A stretch of DNA of 63,701 nucleotides, the filler included, from Collodictyon triciliatum (taxonomy: Eukaryota), in NCBI GenBank assembly GCA_043381765.1. It is 20 parts of 20 records of this genome, joined end to end, with 100 filler letters (N's around TTAATTAATTAA, not from the genome) between each part and the next. Parts side by side here need not be neighbours in the genome. Positions count along the whole stretch, not along the records: positions 13,016 to 16,167 come from JBHJMP010007717.1; positions 16,268 to 19,419 come from JBHJMP010007718.1; positions 19,520 to 22,670 come from JBHJMP010007719.1; positions 22,771 to 25,921 come from JBHJMP010007721.1; positions 26,022 to 29,171 come from JBHJMP010007722.1; 15 more parts are not named here. The stretch is one strand, 5' to 3'. This document shows positions 13,831 to 26,223 of the stretch, in pieces. The position numbers were made by a program, and so were the translations under genes. The notes beneath the pieces are model-generated. The model had not been told where the DNA came from, did not search any database, and saw only the letters and a program-made list of their open reading frames with translations. Each line of letters begins with the position of its first letter. Within the stretch, counting starts at the first letter, position 1.

Positions 13831-15789
13831 ATGAAAGTTGGTGCATCAGTAGTCGGTGATGCAGAGGAGGATTCTTGCAAACCGCCACGCAGACAAGTTT
13901 GGGAAGATGTTGGAATGAAAGATGAATATCATACTGGTAGAGACGATAATGCGCACGTATATTTGGATGATGAACACAATATTACAAAGTCTCGTCAGGA
14001 GGAGAGGCGAAAAAAATATATGGAAGATTCTGTTATTGCATTGAAACTACCAAAAAGTTCGTGTATCGTAGAAAAGAGGAAAACCTTACTTTCTATGCTT
14101 ATCAGAAATGAAAATGTTCTTCGCATCCTAAGCAAAGGTCTCACTAATAAAATTTCTGTTTTTTTGTCCAATATAATATGGGTATTGTGTACTACAAATT
14201 CGATGTCCATATTTTACAAAAGTAAACTAATTCCGATACAGGGTTATATTCCCTTGCAAGCATTGTGCTCCTTGATATTCATTCTACAACACTCTGTCTA
14301 TATACGAGTCGGTATTATCAAAGAGCTGGCAAATTCATTTAACTTTTGGTTTACGTGGCTAAATGGATGTTCATTTCACATTTGTGCAATATTGCTACTG
14401 GGATTTTCTATGGAAAATGCGTTTGCAATTTTTCATTCTTTTATGAGTGTGATGTTACTCTTAATTTTTGATGCTCACTCAGCTAAAAAAAATAAGGGCT
14501 TACAAATGTGTATCGTTACAGGACTTGTATCCCTTATACCTGTGCTGCTAATTTTCTTGCTACGTCTGGTTCCATTTCGAAATGAGAAAATAAGAATCCT
14601 AGGATTGGATGTTGAAATTGTAGATGTTAGGCTTTTAGCAATTGAAAATCTTACGGTTCTAATCATATATCTTTTTCGTATCATATACACTTGCATAATT
14701 TGCAAGGAAATATCGACGATCACATACTCAACAAGATTTTATGAAATCGACTGGTTAAATAGGAGAGATACAGCAAACACTATAAAGCCTTACACAAGTT
14801 CTGATGAAGTACATATCGGTCAACAAAAGGGACACTGTTTAAATAATGTAGAGGAAAATCTAGTTGCATCAGGGGCTGGGAGCCACAGCACAATTACTCA
14901 AAACAAAATAAATGACGAAACTGGTATTCAGATGCAAATAACTGCGCAAATAGATTTTACAAAAATTGAAAGTAATGCTGAGAGTGATAACCGACCGGAG
15001 CATGTAGCTATACATGAAGATGGCAATAAATCCTCAGACTTTGACAAAAATCAGTACATTATGATAGGTATATTCGAAGAGAAAGTTATTAGCTACAATA
15101 CTCGCGTCACATTTTTTCACAAATATGTTGAAGGAAGATTTAAAATATTCGCCTCTATTTTTAAATCAAGGCACTACGGAATTGGTAGTCACATTATCAC
15201 TTCTACGGCAATTGTGTTTTCCTTGTTTGAAACTGTGGGGTTTTATACAGGAAATTTGGTAAGTAGGATTGCTACTATCATTACAATTATAGGGATGGCA
15301 ATAACGATGCTTCGATTAGTGCTAATAACCAACTTTCTTATGTTTCGTAATATGGTCTGGTCTTTCGATTATTGGTTCTTGGTATTCACTATGCTAAAAG
15401 TTTTTCTTTCAGCTGGAATGCTCTGTGGGTGGGATATGAGAATGATATTTTGGATGTTTTACCTGCAAAGTATTTATTGGTGTGTTACGATAGACAGCTT
15501 CAATATGAGAGGAAGAAAGGAGACTTACGTAGCATTAGTTGGTATCTTTTGCTCATTATACGAGGCGTTTCTATGCAGGTTGAATATCGGAGATACATTT
15601 TCCAATGACCAGTCGATTATTATTGGAGATGTTTCAGTGATGTCAGCAAGAATGACCCTGTCTTCGTCTAACTTCTCTCTAAGTTTATTCCTCATCAGAT
15701 TTCTTTGGAGTTATCACCAAAATCCGAACCGATTGCTCTTCATCACCGAAAACATAACAGTGCAAACCATCGGACAAAGAAATCCTTAG
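13831..15789 (+). CDS. Intronless multi-pass membrane protein with internally duplicated module; paralog of 905-2998
   Basis: 652 aa ORF from ATG to stop. Modules KELANSFNFWFTWLN...LIFDA and RNMVWSFDYWFLVF...MLCGWDMR...WCVTIDS are separated by a hydrophilic loop. Confidence 0.9.
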   Translation: MKVGASVVGDAEEDSCKPPRRQVWEDVGMKDEYHTGRDDNAHVYLDDEHNITKSRQEERRKKYMEDSVIALKLPKSSCIVEKRKTLLSMLIRNENVLRILSKGLTNKISVFLSNIIWVLCTTNSMSIFYKSKLIPIQGYIPLQALCSLIFILQHSVYIRVGIIKELANSFNFWFTWLNGCSFHICAILLLGFSMENAFAIFHSFMSVMLLLIFDAHSAKKNKGLQMCIVTGLVSLIPVLLIFLLRLVPFRNEKIRILGLDVEIVDVRLLAIENLTVLIIYLFRIIYTCIICKEISTITYSTRFYEIDWLNRRDTANTIKPYTSSDEVHIGQQKGHCLNNVEENLVASGAGSHSTITQNKINDETGIQMQITAQIDFTKIESNAESDNRPEHVAIHEDGNKSSDFDKNQYIMIGIFEEKVISYNTRVTFFHKYVEGRFKIFASIFKSRHYGIGSHIITSTAIVFSLFETVGFYTGNLVSRIATIITIIGMAITMLRLVLITNFLMFRNMVWSFDYWFLVFTMLKVFLSAGMLCGWDMRMIFWMFYLQSIYWCVTIDSFNMRGRKETYVALVGIFCSLYEAFLCRLNIGDTFSNDQSIIIGDVSVMSARMTLSSSNFSLSLFLIRFLWSYHQNPNRLLFITENITVQTIGQRNP

Positions 15790-16267
15790 CATTCTTCTCA
15801 ACGAATGCAAGGGTGGTTTCTCTCGCTTTGCTCTTTCTATTTTCCTCTCTTCTCCCATAGTCTTCCCTATTGCATTTTCTTATCCCTTATAGTTCGAACA
15901 AGCGTACACAACATTATATGATGTAAAAGCTACATATATAAAAAAAATGAACCCCCTTGTAGCTTTTGTGCTGTTATCTATTCTATGTTTTTATTCTCTT
16001 TTGAAATCCATGCGTCTCTTATCAAGCCTCAAGGGACTCTCTTTTCCCTATTTTTCTTTACTTTTATCCCTGTTTTTCTTTTTCTATCTCCCACACATCC
16101 CCACCTACTTTGGAACTACTTGCCTGATGGTTGAATGAAAGATTGTTGAGACGGGCTCAACAGCTAANNNNNNNNNNNNNNNNNNNNNNNNNNNNNNNNN
16201 NNNNNNNNNNNTTAATTAATTAANNNNNNNNNNNNNNNNNNNNNNNNNNNNNNNNNNNNNNNNNNNN

Positions 16268-16482
16268 ACCATCACACCATCACATCATCACATCATCACA
16301 CCATCACACCATCACACCATCACACCATCACACCATCACACCATCACACCATCACACCATCACACCATCACACCATCACACCATCACACCATCACACCAT
16401 CACACCATCACACCATCACACCATCACATCATCATATCATCACGTCATCACATCATCACGTCATCACATCATCACATCATCA
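16268..16482. repeat. 8-mer (CACCATCA)n array with degenerate distal units
   Basis: Direct reading. Confidence 0.95.
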
Positions 16483-17260
16483 TATGGTAGCGGGGTCACC
16501 GGGGCCGTCGTAGGGACTGTTTTTCTTTATCTGAAAATATGGCGAGCAAAGCCACCCCAAAAGCCAGCCTCGCGCTAAACGACTTCATCCAAAGCATTTG
16601 TCCACATTTTCTTTTCCTCTCCACCGGAATCTCCACCCAACACACGGCCCTCCCCACGCAGCATTTTGCACATACAAAGAAAATCACCCACAAAGTCTCG
16701 TGATGGTGCCAAGCCGACCGACGCGAGACGACGGGGCAGACTAAAAGATGGCTTTGTGATACGCCGATGAGGCGCCCCTAAAACGACAGGCGAGCGATGA
16801 ACCTGCAAGGAGCCGCATCCGCGCGGGTTCGAAAGGGTTGGGTATGGACAGGGTGGCATTTATTCGGCATTGAAGGGAATCAAACACAGCGCGTAGTCGG
16901 ATAAGTGCCTCCTCCGCGGAGACTCAGACCCGACTGGGAGACTGAGCGCCTGCGGCAGAGGCGAATGACGAACCGGAGAGGGGGAGAATAAAAGAGAGGC
17001 AGGGAGGAAGGAAAGGAAGGTATGCAGAGGGTCAAAACAGCGAGGAAGGGAACAAAAGGAGAAGGCATGGGTGGCGATGAGCGGAAAGACAAATGGGTGC
17101 TCTTCTGGTACGCAACCCGTTCTTTTTCAGCACAGCTCTTTGCTCCTCGAGAGCCTGGTATGTGACTCAAGCAAGCAAGAATGAGAAGAGAACACGAAAA
17201 CTGAAATAAAGGGAAAAAAAAAAAAAAAAGGAGAAACGGCAAATGATAAATCAGCGCCTT

Positions 17261-17700
17261 TTACTGCACGGACTGCTGAGCCTGTACGTTTGCAGCAACA
17301 GCATTTGGGTCCGTGAGAAGTCTGCGGAACAGGAGAATGTGCGGCTCCGGTCGGTGGATCGCATAGTGGACCCAGCCGCGAGACTGCTGAACGCCGTATG
17401 AGCGCCACTCAGCCTCGCTCATCAGCGTCTTGGGAATCAGCGCTTTGATCTCTGGAGGAAGAAACACGTGTCTGCAGCAGGGTGGTTTTTTTTTATTTGG
17501 TTAGTGAGGAAGGTGATGGTTACAGCGCATATGTTATAATTAATGGGTGCGCGAATAGGACTTTCCATAAGAAATGTTCGTGGGGCACAGTTTGAGAAGA
17601 GGAAGGGAGTAGCGAGGAGAAGGGGATATGGAAAGTCTCGCAAGGTATAGAAAACATCGGTGGATGGCCACGAGGGAAGCTTTCGCTTTTCCTTGCCGTT

Positions 17701-17757
<57 letters not shown>

Positions 17758-17952
17758 TTTTGCTTTGTTCAAGAACTTTGTTGTGAAGAGGGCGAGTATG
17801 GCGCGGGTGGGGTTGGAGTAAGGAGGAGGACGTATTGAGACTTACCGGTATTCGTATTTATCGTCGCTGTATTTGTCTGAGTATGTGATGTTCTTTGAGT
17901 ATTCGTCGATGATGTGGCGGTATTTGGGGTCGGCAAGACGAGGCGCAGTCAT
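17261..17952 (-). CDS. CKS1: Cyclin-dependent kinase regulatory subunit Cks1/suc1, two exons
   Basis: Exon 1, 17952-17846: [25 protein letters not shown] intron. Exon 2, 17471-17261: [50 protein letters not shown]. Confidence 0.97.
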
Positions 17953-19519
17953 GGTGCTTTGTGTGGGTGTGGCGTCGTCTGACTTGTGCTGTTGATTCGC
18001 TCGAGAGGCCGAGGCGTGTGGGGATCTAGTAGTGGAGGGTGGACGAGGTAAGCCTTTTGGGTCGAAGAATACTGGGGGTTGTTTCTGTTTTTTGGGTCTT
18101 CAAGAAGCGACAAGTGTGGGTTTGTGAGAATGTGGAAACCATGCGGGTTTACTCGCGAAGGAGATTGCGGTGATTGTGCTTTTGTTTGCTGTGTCTCGCA
18201 GGGTTGAAGAGGGTGCGTAGGGAAAGAAGCGCCTGCTTGTGTCTGGTTGGGCGCGACATAAGCTCCAGCAGCTTCTAAGCGAGATTGGGTGATTGATTTA
18301 AAGTGTTGGCATTCTGGTTGGAGCATTATGAACTTATATGTCACAATTTCGATATTTCAAAATTTTAAAATTCGCTGAAAGTTCTGTTTTCAAAATTTCA
18401 AATTGCAGTCTTCCCCTGGACGGTGCTTGTGCTTGTGTTGGTGGTGATGATTCTTGCAAGCGGGTTGGTTCTGGCCTCCTTGCTGGGTGGGGATGTGAGG
18501 GTTATGGGGCTCTGCGTCTCGGCTGCGACATGGCTCGGTGCCGCAGTCATTGCAGAATCTTTCCATTCTAGTTCTTTTTCATCTCCTAATACCACGTCCA
18601 TAATGTGACTCATTGCGACTTCCCGGAGGTGCACGCGCACTTATTCAGAAGGGCACCTGAGTCTACTTTCCTTAGCAGCTTTTCTGCCCAGAGAGACTAC
18701 TTGTGGAAGCGCCACAGCTGTTGCGCAGTGGCTCTCGGTCAAGTCTAACCCCAGAGTCTTGCATTGAACCCTACTCTTGTTCTCTTTTAGGCTGGGTTAA
18801 TACCACTGCTTTTCTTCGCATAATGTATGGCAGGCGTAATAAAAAAAAACATTAAAATAAAACCGCGGCCAAGACCAAACTAAAACATCCGAAACATAAT
18901 ACAAAGCCGTGGCCTGGGCCAGCTTTTTGTGCTGAGTTCTGCACTTCAAGCTCCAAGTTAGAGTCCATACATATTAAAGTGTAATGCTTGGTATTCATTT
19001 TTCCTGGATTGTGTCTTTTGGAGATTGTATCCTTTGAATAATCGCGTTCGAAGCCGAAGTGTTTGTGGGCATGCTGTAAGGCTTCGCATAGGCCGCCTCG
19101 TGTAGTGCGTTGGGTTTACAAGCATGCGCGCATTATAGTGGCATCACGGAATATTTTGTTCTGTTTTTCCCCTTTACCCGAGTTTTTTGTTCGGTTATTT
19201 TATTCTAATTATAATGGGCGTCGGGAGAAAAAAAAGAAAAGGAAAAAAGAAATGGAAAAAAGAAAAAGAAATAGAAATAGAAATAGAAAAAAGAAATAGT
19301 GATAGAAAAAAGAAAAAAAGAAATAGAAATAGAAATAGAAAAAAGAAAAAAAGAAAAAAAGAAAAAAAGAAAAAAAGAAAAAAAGAAAAAAAGAAAAAAA
19401 GAAAAAAAGAAAATAAGGANNNNNNNNNNNNNNNNNNNNNNNNNNNNNNNNNNNNNNNNNNNNTTAATTAATTAANNNNNNNNNNNNNNNNNNNNNNNNN
19501 NNNNNNNNNNNNNNNNNNN

Positions 19520-19618
<99 letters not shown>

Positions 19619-19715
19619 CTTTTTTTTTTCTTTTTTTTATCTTTTTTTTATCTTTTTTTTATCTTTTTTACGATTCCAAAAAAAAAATTATTAAAATATT
19701 GGCATTTCTATTAAG

Positions 19716-22545
19716 GCAAGGCTTAGTGCGATACTCGACATTGTGATGATTGTATTTGTCATTTTGTTGTTGGCAGCTGCGGTAATTCTGGTTAATCGAG
19801 ACTTGGAAGAACAATTCATGCAGCCCCTGGAAAGAATGACTCGCCTTGTTGATAATCTTGCGTCTAATCCTCTCCAAGTGATGACTGACCAAAAAAAGAA
19901 TGCGCATGCTCCAGTGGATGTAAGAAAGGGACAAAAAAAAAATTCAATAACGGAAATGAGCTTAGGGTTTTCCTTTTTGTGACAAATATTTAATGCGATT
20001 TTTCAACAAAAAAAAAAATTAGGACGAAGAATGGTATTTGGAAACCATTCTACGAAAGATTAGTGCGCTATTAAGGGTTGGATTTGGTGAAGCTGGAGCA
20101 CAGGTAAAGTTCAAACGTATAATCCATGTTATTTTTATCCATATGTTTCTCATATTGACTTCTTTCAATCGCCAATTAGATAATTACAAGTAATATCAAT
20201 ACCAATGGAAGTCTTGACCCGGTATTCTACAGAATATATGAATCAATAAAATTCCAGACAGAAGAAACAATACAAAAAGCTATGGTTGAATCGATCTATA
20301 CAAATCTAATCCCTCTTTTTATACCTTTAAAAAATTGAAGATGGTTCCAGGAGCCAAAGTTTCTGCGATTTATGGATTTTGTGATATCAGAAACTTTACC
20401 GATATCACTGAATCTCTTCGTGTAAACTTTTTCCCTTTTTTTTTTTTAAAAAAAAAAAAGAAACACCCATTTAGTCGATTTTCCATCAAGACCATGATGC
20501 TACTTATACTTTCAGATAAAACTTTATTAATATTCAAGCATGATACTTTGAATCAAATAAAGGAAAAAAATATTCAAGCATGATTTTTAATTCCAAAATG
20601 TAAATTCTATAGGAAGATGTTATGGTATTTGTTAATCAAGTTGCCGCGATTGTACATCAAGCCGTCACTGATTCTGGTGGAAGTCCGAATAAAAACATTG
20701 GCGATGCATTTCTGTGCGTTTGGAAATTCCGAACAGCAGACCCGAAAGATAAGTCCCCTGCTGGTGACTTTTCATCCTCATCAGCAACGACCAGCGAGAA
20801 AGTATATTCATTAAATACATCACAACAATCAATGGGATTTAAAATGTGATGGTGATTCGATGAAGTTCCATTTTTTTGATTATTAGAGAAAATATATATC
20901 TTTTATTATAGGAACTCGCAGACCGTGCATTAATGGCATTTGTTGGAATATACGAGGCCATTCTTTCTTCAAAAGAGCTCCAAACATTACACCACAAGTA
21001 CCCTAAACTGCGAGAGCGTCTCCCAAACTTTGGAGGTGAGCTTTGAATCCCTTTTCCTTTTTCTTTTCTTTTTTTTTTATCACGTCGACTTTTATAACTA
21101 ATTCAGTCTGTAACTTACCAAACGACACTAAACGAAAATAAATATTGTCGACAGTGAGATTAGGGTTCGGACTACATGTAGGCTGGTCGATTGAAGGAGC
21201 CATAGGTTCTGAATCGAAGATTGACGCCTCGTATTTATCACCACATGTTAATTTGTCCGCGCGGTTAGAAAGCGCAACAAAGTTTTATGGAGTTCCAATC
21301 CTCCTATCCGGACACTTTTATTCCATGTTGTCTCCTTTGGCTCAAGCGCATTGTAGAAAGGTTAAAATGAAACAAATATTGTATAAGTTGGCTGGAAAAA
21401 TATACAATATGAACATTATTAACCTTACATGTCACGTGGTACCACTTAAGATTGTAAGGAACTTCTTGGACTACTGTTTAAAAGTATATTTGTTTTAAGG
21501 TCGACAAAGTGACATTGAAGGGCAGTTCTGTTCCGTTAACATTGTACGCATATGATTTCGATGAAGATATTCCAAGAGGCACAGGGTCAACTAGTCCTCG
21601 TAGGAAGTCAAAGACTACAAAGCGATTAAGTATGGGCTCAAATGTGGAGTACAGGTAGGATATCAGGAATTTTAAAAGATAATATATCCCGAAGTTACCT
21701 GATTTATGATAAATGTTTGCACGCTTTTTAAAATGTAAATATGATTATTAATATGCTTTAGAATTACAATCCCCCTTTCTGTTGTCGATGAAGGGCAATC
21801 TTTTTCAAAGAGTCCGACAATTGATGAGAAAACAGGTTGCCTGATTATGCTTGTCCATCATAAGTTCAATAGAAAAAGTCATAGCTGAACTCATATAATA
21901 CCACGCACCAATCAGATTGCTCACTTCAAAATGTAACCACGAAACAGAAGCCCTGCCAACTTCAAGTTCATTCGAAAAGGGAAATAGAGCAACCAATTAT
22001 GAAGCAAAGCAGCCAGAAAATGTTACTTCAGAGAGAAAGCAGAATGTTTTGATTCATCCACAACAACCACAAAACAGAAACGAAGAAATTGTTGTGGACG
22101 AACTGGACAGAAACGACCACGAAACGAGGTCATTTTTGGCCCATTTTGAATCTGCTGTAAATGATTACATTCACGGGAAGTGGGATTTGGCTCGTGATTC
22201 ATTCGAGGTACACTTGAACTCTTTGCTATTGTTCTGTGTAATGTTTCGACACTTGGTTTTTTAATAATAATAATAATGGAAGATGAGTGCGCTGTAACTT
22301 TTCCTTGAGATTACTATGTTTATTGCTCACAACCAGAACTTGACACCCTTTTGAGAACAGGGACACCATTCGAGAAAAGCCTAATACACCTCCTTAATTA
22401 TCAGCTTTGTTTAAAGAAACGCCCCAGCGACGGGCCATCTTTAGCCCTCATTCGGTATATGGAGCTCAATTCATCAAAAAGCCCATCGGGGGAATGGAAT
22501 GCACCGAAGGAATGGCGAGGATACCGAGTCTTTACAGAGAAATAA
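19716..22545 (+). CDS. Class III adenylyl cyclase, AC-alpha (alveolate/SAR) type, multi-exon, 5' partial
   Basis: PLERM..LASNPL, ISALLRVGFGEAGAQII, AIYGFCDIRNFTDITE, NKNIGDAFLCVWK, GFGLHVGWSIEGAIGSESKIDASYLSPHVNLSARLESATK, C-terminal WRGYRVFTEK. Confidence 0.93.
20529..20584 (+). mobile_element. 24-bp family-B micro-insertion with perfect 16-bp TSD (intronic)
   Basis: AATATTCAAGCATGAT (20529-20544) + ACTTTGAATCAAATAAAGGAAAAA + AATATTCAAGCATGAT (20569-20584). Confidence 0.85.
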
Positions 22546-22600
22546 GTACTTCTGATGTGATTTTTTAAGAGTCATCTATGCTTTTTTTTCTCCCTTTTTA

Positions 22601-22603
<3 letters not shown>

Positions 22604-22658
<55 letters not shown>

Positions 22659-22668
22659 TCTCTCTCTC
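22604..22668. repeat. (CT)n microsatellite
   Basis: Direct reading. Confidence 0.95.
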
Positions 22669-22770
22669 GCNNNNNNNNNNNNNNNNNNNNNNNNNNNNNN
22701 NNNNNNNNNNNNNNTTAATTAATTAANNNNNNNNNNNNNNNNNNNNNNNNNNNNNNNNNNNNNNNNNNNN

Positions 22771-22817
<47 letters not shown>

Positions 22818-23057
22818 NNNNNNNNNNNNNNNNNNNNNNNNNNNNNNNNNNNNNNNNNNNNNNNNNNNNNNNNNNNNNNAAAAAAAAAAAAACAAAAAAA
22901 CAAAAAAACAAAAAAACAAAAAAACAAAAAAACAAAAAAACAAAAAAACAAAAAAACAAAAAACAGTTAGGCGCGATGCACGAAAGCACTCATTTTATTC
23001 CCATTCCTTTTTTTCTTTAAAGACGTGAATCATCGAACCGAAGATGACGAAATATCC

Positions 23058-23143
23058 TTATACTCTGTTCCAAAGCTAAAATCCCCATCATCTTGTACAA
23101 ATTGAAAGGAAGAACCAAAAAAAAAAAAACATTTACCCTCTGT
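23058..23143 (+). mobile_element. ~60-bp family-A 3' UTR fragment with degenerate TSD
   Basis: CCAAAGCTAAAATCCCCATCATCTTGTACAAATTGAAAGGAAGAACC(A)n aligns to the 3' UTR of the copy at 35860-36270. Flanks TTATACTCTGT / TTACCCTCTGT. Confidence 0.65.
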
Positions 23144-23151
23144 ATAATCAG

Positions 23152-24626
23152 ATGAATGATGAAAGCCGCAAATCTTCAAGCCCAGGAAACATAGAACTGC
23201 CTTCATCTGCCACAGCCGAAATTCAAGGAAACCCAGATCAAAATGCCGATGCTAACGAGTTGTTTTCACTTTGGGGTGCGGCAAGTGAAGCATCAAGGGT
23301 TCTATTCAAGTCTTTGTTTCAAACATGCATTCCTTTGGTCTTTTCAGTCTTTACCATATGGATTTTTTACATTCCTGTCGTCGTTTTGTCTCCCCCTCTA
23401 TTGGAACACACTAAAATAATTCTTTACGATTACATTCGAGCCGCACTTACATCCATGATGTTCTGGTCATCAACTTCCCTAGCATCTATCCACAAATTTG
23501 GCTTTGAATTTTCAAAGAGGGCTATCCTTCTTGCATTCACTCCGGGCTATTTATGCGGAACTACCCTGTCTCTCATCAATTATGATTACAGGATACCATT
23601 ATTGACTAACATACAGGCTGTCCTTGTTTTTACTTTTGTTGGGATAGGAACCTATCATATTTCAAAATCAAAAAGACCCGACCAATTAACAGCAGAGCAG
23701 GAAAATTGCTACGAAATGACCAAAGACGGTACTCCGTATGTCATGATCAAAGGGCTAATTGGGGGTTTCATCCTTGTTGTCTTTCTATTTTTAAATCTAC
23801 TCAAAATTTATCTGGAATCTTCGTTTCTAATGAAGCTTTTTTTTTCCGTCTGGTTATTTTCCCTGTTTGTTTTTCATTTTCGAAATGGATACAAGTAAGG
23901 GAGATTCAAAATTATTCCAAAGAAAATATGGACAAAAGACTTCTAATTAACAAGATATGCAACCATTTCATTTTCTTTATCGGAAGGGTTTTCATATCCA
24001 ACATTTCCCTTAGTGGAGATATACATCAGGTCTTGCTAATAAACTTTGGAGCTGCAGCAGTGGATGTGGTGGACGCCCTATCCCTCGTATATCGTATAAG
24101 GCTGTCATACCAACTTGGAAATTTTATCGAACCACTTATACTTCGATACCCTATGTTTCGTCAAAGAGTCCATCCTATTCAATTTTCATCTATCACTCTG
24201 GCAAACAATTTAAGTCCTCCAAATCGAAACACCTCAAATAACCCTTTTGGACCCAATCAAGAGGAAATTCATGTCCAAGAATCAATTTTATTCAAAGCCA
24301 GATACGTATTTGATGACATTAGTTCCGAAATTTATGCAATCATACTCTCCCCACTGATGCTGTATTTTTTGAATCCCTTAATGTCTGACAACGATTCCTT
24401 TGCCACCATTTCATCTTTTGAAGAGACTGCACTACAAATCAGTATCCAGGTTATAACAAAGCTCGCTTCATCCATAGTATGCTTGAGTTATTTCCTAAAG
24501 AGACAATATATGAAGCCAATCCATTTTACCAGATGGGTTCCCATAAACCCTTATCTGCATTACACCTGGACAATATACTGTCTCTTTCAGATTCATGTTG
24601 CCGTCATGCAAAATACAAATAATTGA
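23152..24626 (+). CDS. Intronless multi-pass membrane protein split by a single-base frameshift at a T9 run
   Basis: ORFs 23152-23898 and 23706-24626 join seamlessly as ..FLMKLFFFRLVIFP.. if T9 (23837-23845) were T10. Confidence 0.7.
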
Positions 24627-25344
24627 ATAAAACCTTATATATTATCATTTGTATGCCTCTGGAGTCCATGATAATAGTCTTTTATATAAAGTCCGCGAGT
24701 GCATACTCAAAATACTGAACCTTTGATTATGTCGCAATATTATTGACTTTGACAATTTTTTCGATTAAAATGTACGAATTATTTTGCACCCAATTCAAAA
24801 GTAATATGTCTAATCGTATAAAAGGTAGGGAAAGAGGGTATTGTTGAGAGAAGAGAGTAAACATGAGGCAATCGTATACTTATTACCATATTGATATATC
24901 TCTGTAGCCCTTTACTAAATCATGGTGGATTTATTGTGAGCTATAACGCAAATGCTACTTATCTGCTGGCTTTTCCCCTCTTCTCTTGATAATATCCATA
25001 CCAGATGTAGCCTAGTATGCTGTTTGATGATTTAATCGCAACATTTTTGTTGCTCGTGATGGACTTTGCGCTTCTTTCTTATCCAACCAAAAAAAATTTT
25101 GCATATAAAGTAATCAAAAACGAGGAAAGTTGAGTTGGGAGAGCTGGAGCGTTAGGAACATGCTTTTGGAAAACCTACGGCGTGATAGTATGTAAACTGA
25201 AACTACACACACATATATATATATATATTTATTTGGATTAATATTTGTTAGTCCCCTTCCTTCTTCCATTTTCTTCTTTTATCCTTTTTGTTAGTTTTAG
25301 GACATCACTTCCTGACCAAGGTTGGGTACAAATAAGATGGTGGG

Positions 25345-25394
25345 TTGTTTTGTTCGCATTTTTTCTCTTCGATTCAAAGTTTGTTTTATTCGTA
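25345..25394 (-). mobile_element. 22-bp diverged family-B micro-insertion with imperfect 14-bp TSD
   Basis: TTGTTTTGTTCGCA / TTGTTTTATTCGTA flank the reverse complement of ACTTTGAATCGAAGAGAAAAAA. Confidence 0.6.
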
Positions 25395-25819
25395 ATTGAT
25401 AGCATAGCCAAACATGTCTGATGATTCTATTTGATTTTTTTTTGAATTTCATAATTTCCAAATCAATTTATTATAGACAAATTTTATGGCAGCCATTTCT
25501 CTTAAATCATACGTGGTACGCTGAGAACGCTTAACCTTTTTTTCATTTTAGCCTGTGGTTATATGAATACACTTTCTTTGATTTTCTGTCTTACCAAGGT
25601 ATTCTTGTTTTTAGCACTCACTCCATCATAACCGAGTCATGTAAATATAGTTATTTAAAAGGGCAATACTAAATCATAGCGATGCAGACAGTCTTCAAGA
25701 TAGAATCGTTCTGGAGATGCATGGATTCATAGACAGCTTACAATAGAAAATGTCCGCAATGACGAAAAAATTCGCTAATGTGTACACTTTAAGCATACTT
25801 AATAATAATAAATAGTAAA

Positions 25820-26163
<344 letters not shown>

Positions 26164-26223
26164 TCACCATACTTGTCATCACCACCACCAAACTCCCAAT
26201 AGAAGTTATCTTCAATTAATTCC

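Noticed and set aside
18398-18830. GC-rich stretch upstream of CKS1 as a gene or decayed element
   Set aside because: Stops in all frames, no motif and no second copy in the window.
20529-20584. Repeat-spacer-repeat units as CRISPR-like mini-arrays
   Set aside because: The logic is inverted: the inner sequence is conserved and the repeats differ per site. Eukaryotic context, no cas genes.
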